Numbered from the stretch's first letter, positions 12,812 to 25,507 are shown. The stretch is DNA of 64,000 bases from Macrostomum lignano (GCA_002269645.1 NIVC01002916.1:62001-126000), one strand, 5' to 3'. The notes: generated by a model from the letters alone, not told the origin. Numbers and translations are program-made.

Positions 12812-13240
12812 CACCAGCCCTAAGCTACGGTAATGTACATTCGCCAGCCCTAAGCTACGGTAATGTACATTCTCCAGCCCTAAGCTACGGTAATGTACAT
12901 TCGCCAGCCCTAAGCTACGGTAATGTACATTCTCTAGCCCTAAGCTACGGTAATGTACATTCTCTAGCCCTAAGCTACGGTAATGTACATTCTCTAGCCC
13001 TAAGCTACGGTAATGTACATTCTCTAGCCCTAAGCTACGGTAATGTACATTCTCTAGCCCTAAGCTACGGTAATGTACATTCTCTAGCCCTAAGCTACGG
13101 TAATGTACATTCTCCAGCCCTAAGCTACGGTAATGTACATTCTCCAGCCCTAAGCTACGGTAATGTACATTCTCCAGCCCTAAGCTACGGTAATGTACAT
13201 TCTCCAGCCCTAAGCTACGGTAATGTACATTCTCCAGCCC
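12812..13240. repeat. 30-bp minisatellite (CCCTAAGCTACGGTAATGTACATTCTCTAG)
   Basis: About 14 copies. Confidence 0.95.
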
Positions 13241-13288
13241 AACACTTCGGCCTTCTAATCTGTAGATAAACCGTTCCGCCGGCCTCAC

Positions 13289-13462
13289 CATGGTTTCCAG
13301 CTGCAGCCGCTCCGCGTTGTCCTCCGTGTGCCGCAGCACCTCCTGCAGCAGCAGGCCGTACTTGGTGATCCTCTGCAGCGGCATCGTCAGCAGCGACTTC
13401 AACTGCAGGTCCACCGTGCCGTCCTCAGCGTTGTAGTTGCGGCAGCTCATGCGGTGCGCCCA
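13289..13462 (-). CDS. PLEKHG5-like RhoGEF exon (DH domain CR3)
   Basis: ttgcag|TGG...ATG|gtgagg, 174 nt. LKSLLTMPLQRITKYGLLLQEVLRHT is the DH consensus. Confidence 0.9.
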
Positions 13463-13886
13463 CTGCAATGCAGGTCGCGGCTTCCTCTTTAGTGAGAAGA
13501 ACCGAGGACGGTAAACTCCGTTTCTTAGTAAATCTCTGTAGGCTGGCTTTACCCGAAGCACACAGACACACAGCCGAGATGGTACTTCCCATTTTCGCCA
13601 ATTTTTTTATGACTTTACTATCCGTTTTATTGATTTTTTCAAAGCTTTCTCGTAGTGAAAAGTTATTCTAAATATCACATTCTAAGGCTGATTGTATTTG
13701 AACTTAGGGTAGGAATTTCATCATTTTATAAAGAAAGGTCTGCAGAAATTAATAGAAGCAGTAAATGCTTGTGTTTTTAGCGCAAAGCCGGCCTTCAAAT
13801 ATTTTCTAAGAAACGAAGTTTACCGTATATTTAATCACGCCGTCCTTGACACGGACTAAAAGGGACGTCACCCCGAAGACCCGTAC

Positions 13887-14198
13887 CTTGACGAACTCGC
13901 CAAAGGACTCGCCCTTCTCCAAGCTACGCAGGTAGTCCTTGGCGTTACCGATCTGCAGGCAGTAGTCGGCGCAGGGCTGAAAGATTTCGCCGAATCGGAC
14001 AAAGCCGGACGCCAGCTGGCCCGGCCGGATGCGCTGGCCGGTGCGCCTGGCGGTCAGCAGGGCCGGGCGCAGGTGCTCGATCCACAGGCTCCGGTGAGCC
14101 AGGTAAACCAGGCTCAGACCGGGGAACAGCCTGTCCGTGTTCACCTCCGTCAGCAGGCCGCAGCTGCTCTGCAGATGCTGGATCACGGCGATGTACAC
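13887..14198 (-). CDS. PLEKHG5-like RhoGEF exon (DH domain)
   Basis: ccaag|GTG...AAG|gtacgg, 312 nt. GLLTEVNTDRLF..HRSLW..FVRFGEIFQPCADYC parallels GLLCEVEAERLF..HRRLW..FGSLFKPYIRYC. Confidence 0.88.
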
Positions 14199-14411
14199 CT
14201 TGGGGGAGGGCGGGGACGCTGATAAAGCACCGGTGATGTACACCTTGGGGGAGGGCGGGGACGCTGATAAAGCACCGGTGATGTACACCTTGGGGGCAGG
14301 CGGGGACGCTGATAAAGCACCGGTGATGTACACCTTGGGGGCAGGCGGGGACGCTGATAAAGCACCGGTGATGTACACCTTGGGGGCAGGCGGGGACGCT
14401 GATAAAGCACC
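14190..14411. repeat. 45-bp repeat x5 containing the splice acceptor
   Basis: atgtacaccttggggg at 14191, 14236, 14281, 14326 and 14371. Confidence 0.95.
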
Positions 14412-14971
14412 AGGTGTAGGGCAGAGAAGCTGCTCCTGCTAATGTTTTCCTGGGAAGGCATGAATATTCATGCGAGATCCTCAGTTTCCCCATCTGATCC
14501 CCCACTGCTCAGACCGGCTGCTTTGCAGTCAGCCTCTGAGAGTTGGGAATATTGCCTTCTCAGGTAGCAGTTCACTGTTTCTGCAGCTGCAAGTGGCGAC
14601 CCGGGGATTAATGAATCTGGTAATGCCCTCTGATGCGGCTTACAGCTTGCAATAATCCTTCATCTGCCAGCTCCCTCTTGACTTGCAGCAGAGCAGTTCC
14701 TTTGCCCCCGTTTGCCCTGGGGGATCGAACTCCGTCTCTCCCCTCCGTTCTCTCCAGCCGAAAGCTCAAGAACGGCTCCGAAGCTCCATCTGCCTCTGCT
14801 CTCCGTTTGAGCAGCTCGAGCGGCTTGCCTTCCCATCCCGCTTTTCTCCATCGTTTCTCAACTCCCGATGAGAACTCCGGATTCGCTCCAGTGACTTTCA
14901 ATGAATCCAATTCAATGAAGATATGAATAATTCAGCACTATTAATTAGCCTTTTTTCCACTGCCGGCTCAC

Positions 14972-15070
14972 CTCAATGATGGTCTTCAGGTGCCTGAGTA
15001 TGTTGATCTCAGTCTGGAACAGCTCCCAGATGGCCGCCTGCTGCTTCAGCATCTTGGCGGATGTGATGCT
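14972..15070 (-). CDS. PLEKHG5-like RhoGEF exon (DH CR1)
   Basis: tttccag|AGC...GAG|gtgagc, 99 nt. QQAAIWELFQTE matches QQEAVWELLHTE, and the spacing to the upstream SW motif is conserved. Confidence 0.88.
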
Positions 15071-15134
15071 CTGGAAATCGGGAGGCGCTGCTTCTGACAT
15101 CTGCGTCACAGGCTGGTACCTAATCAGAAATTCA

Positions 15135-15705
15135 CTCATGAACATTCCTATGAGCTCGCTCACTCATAATAAACACAGCTACGAACTCACTCACGAACAA
15201 TCTCACAATCTCACTCATGAACTCACTCATTAATTCACTCACAAACTCACTCATGAAATCATGAACTCACTCATGAACTCATGAACTCACTCACAATCTC
15301 ACTCATGAACTAACTCACTCATGAACTCACTCACAAACTCACCCATGAACTTATAAACTCACTCATGAACTCACTCACTTATGAACTCACTCATGAAGTC
15401 TCTCACTCATGAACTCACTCACTTATGAACTCACTCATGAAGTCTCTCACTCATGAACTCACTCACTTATGAACTCACTCATGAAGTCTCTCACTCATGA
15501 ACTCACTCACTCATGAACTCACTCTTGAACTCACTCATGAACTCACTCATGAACTCTATCATTCATGAACTCACTTATGAAGTCTCTCACTCATGAACTC
15601 TCTCACTCATGAACTCACTTATGAAGTCTCTCACTCATGAACTCACTCTTGAACTCACTCATGAAGTCACTCAGTCATGAAGTCACTCACTCACTCACTA
15701 ACCAG
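15135..15705. repeat. Degenerate ACTCACTCATGA repeat
   Basis: Low-complexity tandem tract in an intron. Confidence 0.85.
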
Positions 15706-15726
15706 CGGCTCACAGCACAGACTCAC

Positions 15727-15867
15727 CCCCTGCGCCACCACCCTGTCCCAGGACGGCTCCAGGTCGAGGCTCATGGAGTTCAACTGCAAGTTCTGGTCCT
15801 GAACCGGCCTTGGCAAGCCGTTGGCCTCGAGCTGCCTCAGCTGCTCCGCCAGCTTGTCGCGGCTGTC
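15727..15867 (-). CDS. PLEKHG5-like RhoGEF exon (pre-DH; not in the ORF track)
   Basis: cttcag|GAC...GGG|gtgagt, 141 nt. Translates DSRDKLAEQLRQLEANGLPRP..LDLEPSWDRVV, matching KL..L..YSLFGLPR..LEDSW. Confidence 0.8.
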
Positions 15868-16110
15868 CTGAAGGTGAAATAAAATTCAACAGATTTTAGC
15901 ACCTGGTGGTTTGTATTTAGAATGATAATCGTTTCCATCGCTGTCAGTGCATTGAGGTTGCAACATAATGGGTTTGGTGGCAGAATGCCTCGACTGATTG
16001 ACAGGTGAAAAAAGGTAACGCACGCGCGCACACAGTCAATAAAATATACGAGCTTTGTTGACAATGACCACGGGCAGCAGAAGAGGGAAGCTCTTCAAAT
16101 TTATTGCAAT

Positions 16111-16850
16111 TTTAGACTTCAATTTCAGAGCAATAGGACTTGTAGTTCTTTTGTCTTATCCGAAAAATTTCTATGGTAAAATCCTTTAGACTTCAATTTC
16201 AGAGCAATAGGACTTGTAGTTCTTTTGTCTTATCCGAAAAATTTCTATGGTAAAATCCTTTAGACTTCAATTTCAGAGCAATAGGACTTGTAGTTCTTTT
16301 GTCTTATCCGAAAAATTTCTATGGTAAAATCCTTTAGACTTCAATTTCAGAGCAATAGGACTTGTAGTTCTTTTGTCTTATCCGAAAAGTTTCTATGGTA
16401 AAATCCTTTAGACTTCAATTTCAGAGCAATAGGACTTGAAGTTCTTTTGTCTTATCCGAAAAATTTCTATGGTAAAATCCTTTAGACTTCAATTTCAGAG
16501 CAATAGGACTTGTAGTTCTTTTGTCTTATCCGAAAAATTTCTATGGTAAAATCCTTTGGACTTCAATTTCAGAGCAATAGGACTTGTAGTTCTTTTGTCT
16601 TATCCGAAAAGTTTCTATGGTAAAATCCTTTAGACTTCAATTTCAGAGCAATAGGACTTGAAGTTCTTTTGTCTTATCCGAAAAATTTCTATGGTAAAAT
16701 CCTTTAGACTTCAATTTCAGAGCAATAGGACTTGTAGTTCTTTTGTCTTATCCGAAAAATTTCTATGGTAAAATCCTTTAGACTTCAATTTCAGAGCAAT
16801 AGGACTTGTAGTTCTTTTGTCTTATCCGAAAAGTTTCTATGGTAAAACCC
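16111..16850. repeat. 74-bp AT-rich satellite, ~10 copies
   Basis: tttagacttc at 16111, 16185, 16259 and so on. Confidence 0.95.
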
Positions 16851-17091
16851 TTTACGGTGCGAATCGAACCTCGGATCGAACAAGATGCCAACTGTCATGC
16901 TTACACCTGGGAAGTTAAGAAGGTGATTAAAAAACTGAAATGAGTCCTTCAAATTCCAGAGATTTGAAGTATTGTTTGTGCCATGCCAAGTTAGAAAACG
17001 GATGTACCCTAAGCTGAAATCCCATAGAATAAAAATTGTGTTTAGCAAAGGCTGATATTGGATTGCTCCGTGAACGCCGTTTAAAATTTCT

Positions 17092-17430
17092 GTGAAGCTT
17101 CGAGCCTGCGAAGCTTCGAGCTTGTGAAGCTTCGAGCTTGTGAATCTCCGAGTTTGTGAAGCTTCGAGCTTGTGAAGCTTCGAGCTTGTGAAGCTTCGAG
17201 CCTGTGAAGCTTCGAGCCTGCGAAGCTTCGAGCTTGTGAAGCTTCGAGCTTGTGAAGCTTCGAGCTTGAAGTTTCGAGCTTGTGAAGCTTCGAGCTTGTG
17301 AAGCTTCGAGCTTGTGAAGCTTCGAGCTTGTGAAGTTTCGAGCTTGTGAAGCTTCGAGCCTGTGAAGCTTCGAGCCTGTGAAGCTTCGAGCCTGTGAAGC
17401 TTCGAGCCTGTGAAGCTTCGAGCTTGTGAA
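17092..17430. repeat. 16-bp minisatellite (GAAGCTTCGAGCTTGT)
   Basis: Tandem copies. Confidence 0.92.
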
Positions 17431-17844
17431 GGCGAATCATCTCTCGTCAGAAAGTTGCGTATTGTCTATGGCCCAGCCCATTTTTCTTCTGCAGTATTTC
17501 AACTCTGGATGCCCGTCTTCTAACTTAGCATGACAAAAGCAACATCAAACCCTTTGCCACCAGTAGGTTCCGTGTTTCGCTCGCAATTAAGCATGGGTGA
17601 TTCGCTCACAATATTGACAATGTTGGCACAACAACAGAGAGCCTTTGCTGCGTTTGCTCTGATCGGGGCCGCACTGTGCTGCACAAGCGCGAGCGTGTGC
17701 GGAAATCATGCTGAGTAGCAGGTGCAGGAATTAACTGAGAGATTAACTTCACTTGGCTACAGGCTCAGCAGATTCGAACTCGGCTTGCTACAACTAATAA
17801 TATACACCCACAGATCATGGTACAGTGTCTCGGGATGCAAAATT

Positions 17845-19130
17845 ACATTATGCAAAGTGACATGATGATGCAAAGTGACATGATGATGCAAAGTGACATG
17901 ATGATGCAAAGTGACATGATGATGCAAAGTGATATGATGATGCACAGTGACATGATGACGCAAAGTGATATGATGATGCACAGTGACATGATGACGCAAA
18001 GTGATATGATGATGCACAGTGACATGATGATGCACAGTGACATGATGATGCAAAGTGATATGATGATGCACAGTGACATGATGACGCAAAGTGATATGAT
18101 GATGCACAGTGACATGATGACGCAAAGTGACATGATGATGCAAAGTGACATGATGATGCACAGTGACATGATGATGCACAGTGACATGATGATGCAAAGT
18201 GACATGATGACGCAAAGTGACATGATGATGCACAGTGACATGATGATGCACAGTGACATGATGATGCAAAGTGACATGATGACGCAAAGTGATATGATGA
18301 TGCACGGTGGCATTATGCAGTGACATGATGATGCACAGTGACATGATGATGCAAAGTGACATGATGATGCAAAGTGACATGATGATGCAAAGTGACATGA
18401 TGATGCAGTGACATGATGATGCAAAGTGACATGATGATGCAAAGTGACATGATGATGCAGTGACATGATGACGCAAAGTGACATGAAGATGCAAAGTGAC
18501 ATGATGACGCAAAGTGACATGAAGATGCAAAGTGACATGATGACGCAAAGTGATATGATGATGCACGGTGGCATTATGCAGTGACATGATGATGCAAAGG
18601 GACTTGATGATGCAAAGGGACTTGATGATGCAAAGTGACATGATGCACAGTGGCATGATGCAAAGTGACATTATGCAAAGTGGATTATGCAAAGTGACAT
18701 GATGCAAAGTGGATTATGCAAAGTGACATGATGCACAGTGGCATGATGCAAAGTGACATGATGCAAAGTGACATGATGATGCACAGTGACATGATGATGC
18801 AAAGTGACATGATGATGCAAAGTGACATTATGCAAAGTGGATTATGCAAAGTGACATGATGCACAGTGGCATGATGCAAAGTGACATGATGCAAAGTGAC
18901 ATGATGCAAAGTGACATGATGCAAAGTGACATGATGCAAAGTGACATGATGCACAGTGGCATGATGCAAAGTGACATGATGCAAAGTGACATGATGCAAA
19001 GTGACATGATGCACAGTGGCATGATGCAAAGTGACATGATGCAAAGTGACATGATGCAAAGTGACATGATGCACAGTGGCATGATGCAAAGTGACATGAC
19101 GCAAAGTGGCATTATGCAGTGACATGATGA
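17845..19130. repeat. 15/18-bp minisatellite (GCAAAGTGACATGATGAT)
   Basis: Tandem copies; source of the spurious MMMQSD and poly-His ORFs. Confidence 0.95.
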
Positions 19131-19369
19131 TGTTAAAGTGACGGAGTTGTATAAGTCCATTTTTCCCTCCACAATGGGGGAGCAGCGCTGTTTCTAAGAA
19201 ATTGTTTGCTTTTATCAGGGGGATGGTCGGTGTCCCTCGGGGAGGACGCGGGACCTCCATGGACGTCAGCGCGAACCTCCGAGTCGCAGTCGGCGTCCCG
19301 CATTCCGGGAAACATCAGACTGAAGGAGTTTCGCCTGCCAGAGTTTGGCGGCCGGAGACTGGCGATCAC

Positions 19370-19470
19370 CTGGAGCGAAAATTGGCGAGTTGGGGAAATC
19401 GTTTGCGTTGCCATGCGGATGCTCAGGCCTGGGGACGCTCTGCCGATCGATGCTTCGGAGTGGATGAGGT
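19370..19470 (-). CDS. Putative upstream exon of the RhoGEF
   Basis: GC-rich island with phase-compatible caag|/CAG|gtgatc sites; no recognisable motif; boundaries are ambiguous. Confidence 0.3.
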
Positions 19471-20889
19471 CTTGAGCAACAGGGGGAAGCAGACGATGAG
19501 GGGTCAGGCAGAGCAGCCCAGTGATTGTAATTGATTTCTCGTCAACAGCAGAGCCGGTCGCGGGCAACTCACGCCTGCCGACATCCGCTTCTCGTTGCGC
19601 CTCTCCCGGCTCCGGTCTGAAAGATGGGGCGAGGCGTCAGAGCGGGGGTTGGAAGATGGGGAATGCTTCACTTCAGTTGCCAAGCTATTTTGTGCAGCCG
19701 GAGGGGGGCTGCGACATGAGGAAAGAGAGTCGGCGGGAACAAAGGAGAGCCATGAGATTTTTATCATGATTTGACTTGACAGCATCCGAGACACTTGTGC
19801 CCATTAAATCATTCATTGACCCTTAAAGCAGAAGGACGCCGCTGTACTCGCGAAATTGCAATTGGAGCTAAGTGTGTTTGACTCTCAGTTAAGTCAGAAA
19901 GTTGCGTGTTGTCCATGGCCCAACCCCGTTTTTATTCTGTCGGCTCTCAACTTGGGGTGTCTGTTTTTTCTCGTTTGACGTTTGGGTTTCGCAATGATTC
20001 GAATGGGTCCTACCATAAACGAAACTCTGTTGTAAAGATTCCATTTAGAAACAGATACTAAAGACATTGGAACACTTTATAGAGTAGTCAGATAAAGTTG
20101 TGGGTGAACCTCGGTCAAAGTATAAACAAGCTGGCAAGGTGGAAGGGTGTCCCGCCAAAAATGTTACTAAAAATAGCAACTCGTCAAACCAATTGGATTT
20201 GCGTGTACAATAAAAATCTTAGGGGGGGGGTCGAGATCCGTACATTTTAAGTGTACATTCCTTTGGCGCGTCAGTATCGATCGCTAGTGCGTACATTAAG
20301 CCACTCGACCAGGCCTATTTGAACTTAGCAATGCCCCTAAAGTCCAGTTTGCCCAGCCCAGACAGCCGAACTTTAAACTCGCGCACAGACAGGGGTGCAC
20401 GAGTAAGCAAAGAAAAGGTTCCCCGTTTCGGCGCAGCCTATTCAAATGAGAAAAATAGGAAATTTCCACAAGTCTCTCCTCTGGGACCTGACAGCCCCGG
20501 CCAAGCATTGACAGGCTAAGAAGAGAGTGTAGTGCCAGCCCGCGGTGAAATAAATGACCACCGACCGCACTTCTTTTTCTTTCCGTCTCTCTTCTCGTTT
20601 TTCTTCTTCTATTCCAGCCAGCAAGAAGTTCTCGATGTCGCTTTTCTATGCGATCCCGCCAAATCCGCGCTGGATTTATTTCTTAGAAAGCTGGAGAGTC
20701 AACGAACTCGCGCCTTGAATTTCTGGACTGCGCCTTGGATTTGGACTTTGGAGGCACTTGGAGTGACATTGGGTGCGAACTGGGGAACTCAATGGAGTGA
20801 CATTGACATAGTGACATAGTGAGACTAAAGAGAACTCTAATGAGAAACTCTAAAGAGGACTCTAATGAGAGCGACCTGAGACCACAAAG

Positions 20890-21362
20890 GACAGTGACCT
20901 GGGGACACTAAGGGGATTGACCTGGAGACACTAAGGGGAGTGACCTGGAGACACTAAGGGGAGTGACCTGGAGACACTAAGGGGATTGACCTGGAGACAC
21001 TAAGGGGAGTGACCTGGAGACACTAAGGGGAGTGACCTGGAGACACTAAGGGGATTGACCTGGAGACACTAAGGGGAGTGACCTGGAGACACTAAGGGGA
21101 GTGACCTGGAGACACTAAGGGGAGTGACCTGGAGGCACTAAGGGGAGTGACCTGGAGACACTAAGGGGAGTGACCTGGAGACACTTAGGAGAGTGACCTG
21201 GAGGCACTAAGGGGAGTGACCTGGAGACACTAAGGGGAGTGACCTGGAGACACTTAGGAGAGTGACCTGGAGACACTTAGGAGAGTGACCTGGAGACACT
21301 AAGAAGGGAGGTGACCTGGAGACACTAAGAAGGGAGGTGACCTGGAGACACTTAGGAGAGTG
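20890..21362. repeat. 23-bp minisatellite (GTGACCTGGAGACACTAAGGGGA)
   Basis: Tandem copies. Confidence 0.92.
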
Positions 21363-21390
21363 AGTGGTCCCCAGCACCCCAGAGACGCAC

Positions 21391-21684
21391 CAGAGATGAG
21401 CTCGGTGTCCAGCTGTTTGTGGAAGAACTGCTGCGCGAAGATGCCAGCCAGGTTGCCGGTCAGCACTCCGGGCCCGACCACTCCGGCCGCTGCCGCCCGA
21501 CCGCCGATTGACGATGACCCCGTAGACAGCGAGGAAGAAACCGACGGCGACTCGGCGACGGAGACATCGGCGCCGCCGTCGCTGGAGGCGGACGCCAGGG
21601 TGGCGAGGCGCCTGGAGCCAGTTGGAGTGTTCATGGGCTTCTGGGCGCTGCTTGCGGGCTGAGGCGCGGAGTCAGTGCGCTCGG
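21391..21684 (-). CDS. Putative upstream exon of the RhoGEF (Ser/Gly-rich)
   Basis: GC-rich coding-like island between minisatellites, open frame, donor G|gtgcgt; acceptor uncertain. Confidence 0.5.
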
Positions 21685-21988
21685 CTGGGCCATTCGGTAC
21701 AAGTAAGGGGGACCGGCCGGCAGCCACCCCAACCTCCGCAAGCGCTGATTGGCTGTCGGTCGAGAGTGGCTGAATTCCAATGCATCTTCGTCTTGTTGTT
21801 GGGGGGGGCAAAATAGGGAATTTTTCCCAACCAGCTGGGGAGCTGGCTGCGTAGAAATCCGGAAAGTATTGCGGACTGCTTATTCCGAAAGTTGTGTAAT
21901 TAGGGGTCCTTTGTTTTTGGACCAAGCATGGCTTCACATCAGAAGTCTTTGACCTCGTAATGAGGCAACCTGAAGCCCATTGGGTTTT

Positions 21989-22918
21989 CTACTCTATTCT
22001 ATTGTATTCTACTCTATTCTATTCTATTCTATTCTATTCTACTCTACTCTATTCTATTCTATTCTATTCTATTCTATTCTATTCTATTGTATTCTATTCT
22101 ATTCTACTCTATTCTATTCTACTCTATTCTATTCTATTCTATTCTATTCTATTCTATTCTATTCTATTCTATTCTATTCTATTCTATTCTATTCTATTCT
22201 ATTCTATTCTATTCTATTCTATTCTATTCTATTCTACTCTATTCTATTCTATTCTATTCTATTCTATTCTATTCTATTCTATTCTATTCTATTCTATTCT
22301 ATTCTATTCTATTCTATTCTACTCTATTCTATTCTATTCTATTCTATTCTATTCTATTCTATTCTATTCTATTCTATTCTATTCTATTCTATTCTATTCT
22401 ATTCTATTCTATTCTATTCTATTCTATTCTATTCTATTCTATTCTATTCTATTCTATTCTATTCTATTCTATTCTATTCTATTCTATTCTATTCTATTCT
22501 ATTCTATTCTATTCTATTCTATTCTGTTCTATTCTATTCTATTCTACTCTATTCTATTCTATTCTATTCTACTCTACTCTATTCTATTCTATTCTATTTT
22601 ATTCTATTCTATTCTATTCTATTCTATTCTATTCTATTCTATTCTATTCTATTCTATTCTATTCTACTCTATTCTATTCTATTCTATTCTATTCTATTCT
22701 ATTCTATTCTATTCTATTCTATTCTATTCTATTCTATTCTATTCTATTCTATTCTATTCTATTCTATTCTATTCTATTCTATTCTATTCTATTCTATTCT
22801 ATTCTATTCTATTCTATTCTATTCTATTCTATTCTATTCTATTCTATTCTATTCTATTCTATTCTATTCTATTCTATTCTATTCTATTCTATTCTATTCT
22901 ATTCTATTCTATTCTATT
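21989..22918. repeat. (ATTCT)n pentanucleotide tract, ~0.93 kb
   Basis: Nearly pure, with occasional ACTCT interruptions. Confidence 0.98.
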
Positions 22919-23105
22919 CATAGTATTGGAAAATTGTGAGTATAATTTTTACAATTATCAGTCATCAGATTGGTTTTGCTGTGAAAACACATGAAAATAC
23001 AGCGTTTAAAATGAGTGCATTGCTACTACAAGTAGGAGCACACGTGACAGCGATGGAAAGCTTGCGGATTTGCAAAAACGGAATTAAAAAATTCATTATT
23101 CAAAC

Positions 23106-23491
23106 CTGCCTTCATTTTCCGCCGACTGCGCGAGCCCTTGCCGAAGATGGCGGCGGCCGCGGCGGATGCCGTCTCCCCGGACGGCAGGCTCTCCTGACTG
23201 CCGGCGATGCGACTCGTCAGGCTCGTCAGGCTGTCGTGCAGAACTCGGAGATGCGGCGACTCCGTCACCGACTGCCGTTTGTGCGCCGCGGCGCAGCTGT
23301 CATGGCTGCTGCCAGTCGAGGTGGCGGAAGAGACGACGGTTGCGGCGGCGACGGTGGAGAGCGGCGCGGCGGCGGCGTGGCCCGTCAGACCGGTGTCCGA
23401 GCCCGAGTGGGCGTGCAGCGGCAGGGCGGGCATCGTGCCCCACACGTGGCACTGGTCCATGGACATCTGGGGGAGAGTGCAGGCCGACTGA
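23106..23491 (-). CDS. Putative upstream exon of the RhoGEF (Ser/Ala-rich)
   Basis: tacag|...GCAG|gtttga, open frame with coding-like codon use; abuts a minisatellite-filled intron. Confidence 0.55.
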
Positions 23492-23499
23492 CTGTAGGG

Positions 23500-24421
23500 T
23501 CCGCGACTGTGGGATCTGTGACTGTGGGATCTGTAAGACTGTGGGATCTGTGACTGTGAGATCTGTAAGACTGTGGGATCTGTGACTGTGAGATCTGTGA
23601 CTGTGGAATCTGTGACTGTGTGGGATCTGTGACTGTGTGGGATCTGTGAGACTGTGGGATCTGCGACTGTGGGATCTGTGACTGTGGGATCTGTGACTGT
23701 GAGATCTGTAAGACTGTGGGATCTGTGACTGTGAGATCTGTGACTGTGGAATCTGTGACTGTGTGGGATCTGTGACTGTGTGGGATCTGTGAGACTGTGG
23801 GATCTGCGACTGTGGGATCTGTGACTGTGTGGGATCTGTGACTGTGAAATCTGTGACTGTGGGATCTGTGACTGTGGGATCTGTGACTGTGGGATCTGTG
23901 ACTGTGGGATCTGTGACTGTGGATCTGTGACTGTGGGATCTGTGACTGTGGGATCTGTGACTGTGGGATCTGTGACTGTGAGATCTGTAAGACTGTGGGA
24001 TCTGTGACTGTGAGATCTGTGACTGTGGAATCTGTGACTGTGTGGGATCTGTGACTGTGTGGGATCTGTGAGACTGTGGGATCTGCGACTGTGGGATCTG
24101 TGACTGTGGGATCTGTGACTGTGAAATCTGTGACTGTGGGATCTGTGACTGTGGGATCTGTGACTGTGGGATCTGTGACTGTGGGATCTGTGACTGTGGA
24201 TCTGTGACTGTGGGATCTGTGACTGTGGGATCTGTGACTGTGGGATCTGTGACTGTGGCATCTGTGACTGTGGGATCTGTGACTGTGGGATCTGTGACTG
24301 TGGCATCTGTGACTGTGTGGGATCTGCGACTGTGGGATCTGTGACTGTGGGATCTGTGACTGTGGGATCTGTGACTGTGGGATCTGCGACTGTGGGATCT
24401 GTGACTGTGGGATCTGTGACT
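23500..24421. repeat. 15-bp minisatellite (GGGATCTGTGACTGT)
   Basis: Tandem copies with higher-order variants. Confidence 0.95.
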
Positions 24422-24644
24422 GCTGTGTGGGATGCCTTTCTTTTACACATTTACACATTCAGGGCTGAGTGAACCGCTCATCGACAACTCACCGCCGTTT
24501 TCCTTGACAGCCGGAACTGATTGCGCCGCTGAAATCGAAGACGAACCTCTTCGCCGATTGACTGGCTGAGCTGAGGGCTTCTGAAGAAGGTTGGGTTGCG
24601 TGCGATGAATGGTTCAGAAGGGGATCGGGTTTGTGGGTTAATCA

Positions 24645-25205
24645 GTGGGTCAGGGGATCAGTGGGTCAGCGGATCAGTGGGTCAGGGGATCAGTGGGTCA
24701 GGGGATCAGTGGGTCAGGGGATCAGTGGGTCAGGGGATCAGTGGGTCAGGGGATCAGTGGGTCAGGGGATCAGTGGGTCAGGGGATCAGTGGGTCAGGGG
24801 ATCAGTGGGTCAGGGGATCAGTGGGTCAGGGGATCAGTGGGTCAGGGGATCAGTGGGTCAGGGGATCAGTGGGTCAGGGGATCAGTGGGTCAGGGGATCA
24901 GTGGGTCAGGGGATCAGTGGGTCAGGGGATCAGTGGGTCAGGGGATCAGTGGGTCAGGGGATCAGTGGGTCAGGGGATCAGTGGGTCAGGGGATCAGTGG
25001 GTCAGGGGATCAGTGGGTCAGGGGATCAGTGGGTCAGGGGATCAGTGGGTCAGGGGATCAGTGGGTCAGGGGATCAGTGGGTCAGGGGATCAGTGGGTCA
25101 GGGGATCAGTGGGTCAGGGGATCAGTGGGTCAGGGGATCAGTGGGTCAGGGGATCAGTGGGTCAGGGGATCAGTGGGTCAGGGGATCAGTGGGTCAGGGG
25201 ATCAG
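24645..25205. repeat. 16-bp minisatellite (GGGGATCAGTGGGTCA)
   Basis: About 35 near-perfect copies. Confidence 0.97.
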
Positions 25206-25224
25206 GATTCAAACTCCCACTCGC

Positions 25225-25483
25225 CTTTCCGGCGAGCCTCCGACGGCGCCCAAGCCGCTTTCCTCATCGCCGAGCTCGATGCCGCGGCTGACTCGATTGG
25301 TTGCCATGAAAACCATTGGCTGCGTCTGCGAGCCCGGCGCCGCTGCTGCCGCCGCTGCTGCCGCCGCTGCGGCCACCACTGCTTCCCGTCGAGTCAGGGT
25401 GGAGCTGGGCGAGATGCTGAACTGGGCGAAGCGAACATCCTCGGTCTCGGTGAGCGGCTGCCCGCTGCCTGACGACATTTGCG
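25225..25483 (-). CDS. Putative upstream exon of the RhoGEF (poly-Ala)
   Basis: GC-rich island between two minisatellites with an open frame; phase-compatible with neighbours using AAG|gcgagt (or a nearby GT). Confidence 0.5.
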
Positions 25484-25507
25484 CTGATGAGGGCGATCGG
25501 TTGATAA

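Noticed and set aside
16111-16850. Regular repeats as a CRISPR array (also 7997-9000 and 44820-45228)
   Set aside because: The copies abut with no unique spacers, there are no cas genes, and the context is eukaryotic.
21989-22918. (ATTCT)n as a disease-like or functional element
   Set aside because: The motif equals the human SCA10 repeat, but here it is one of many intronic repeats with no evidence of a special role.
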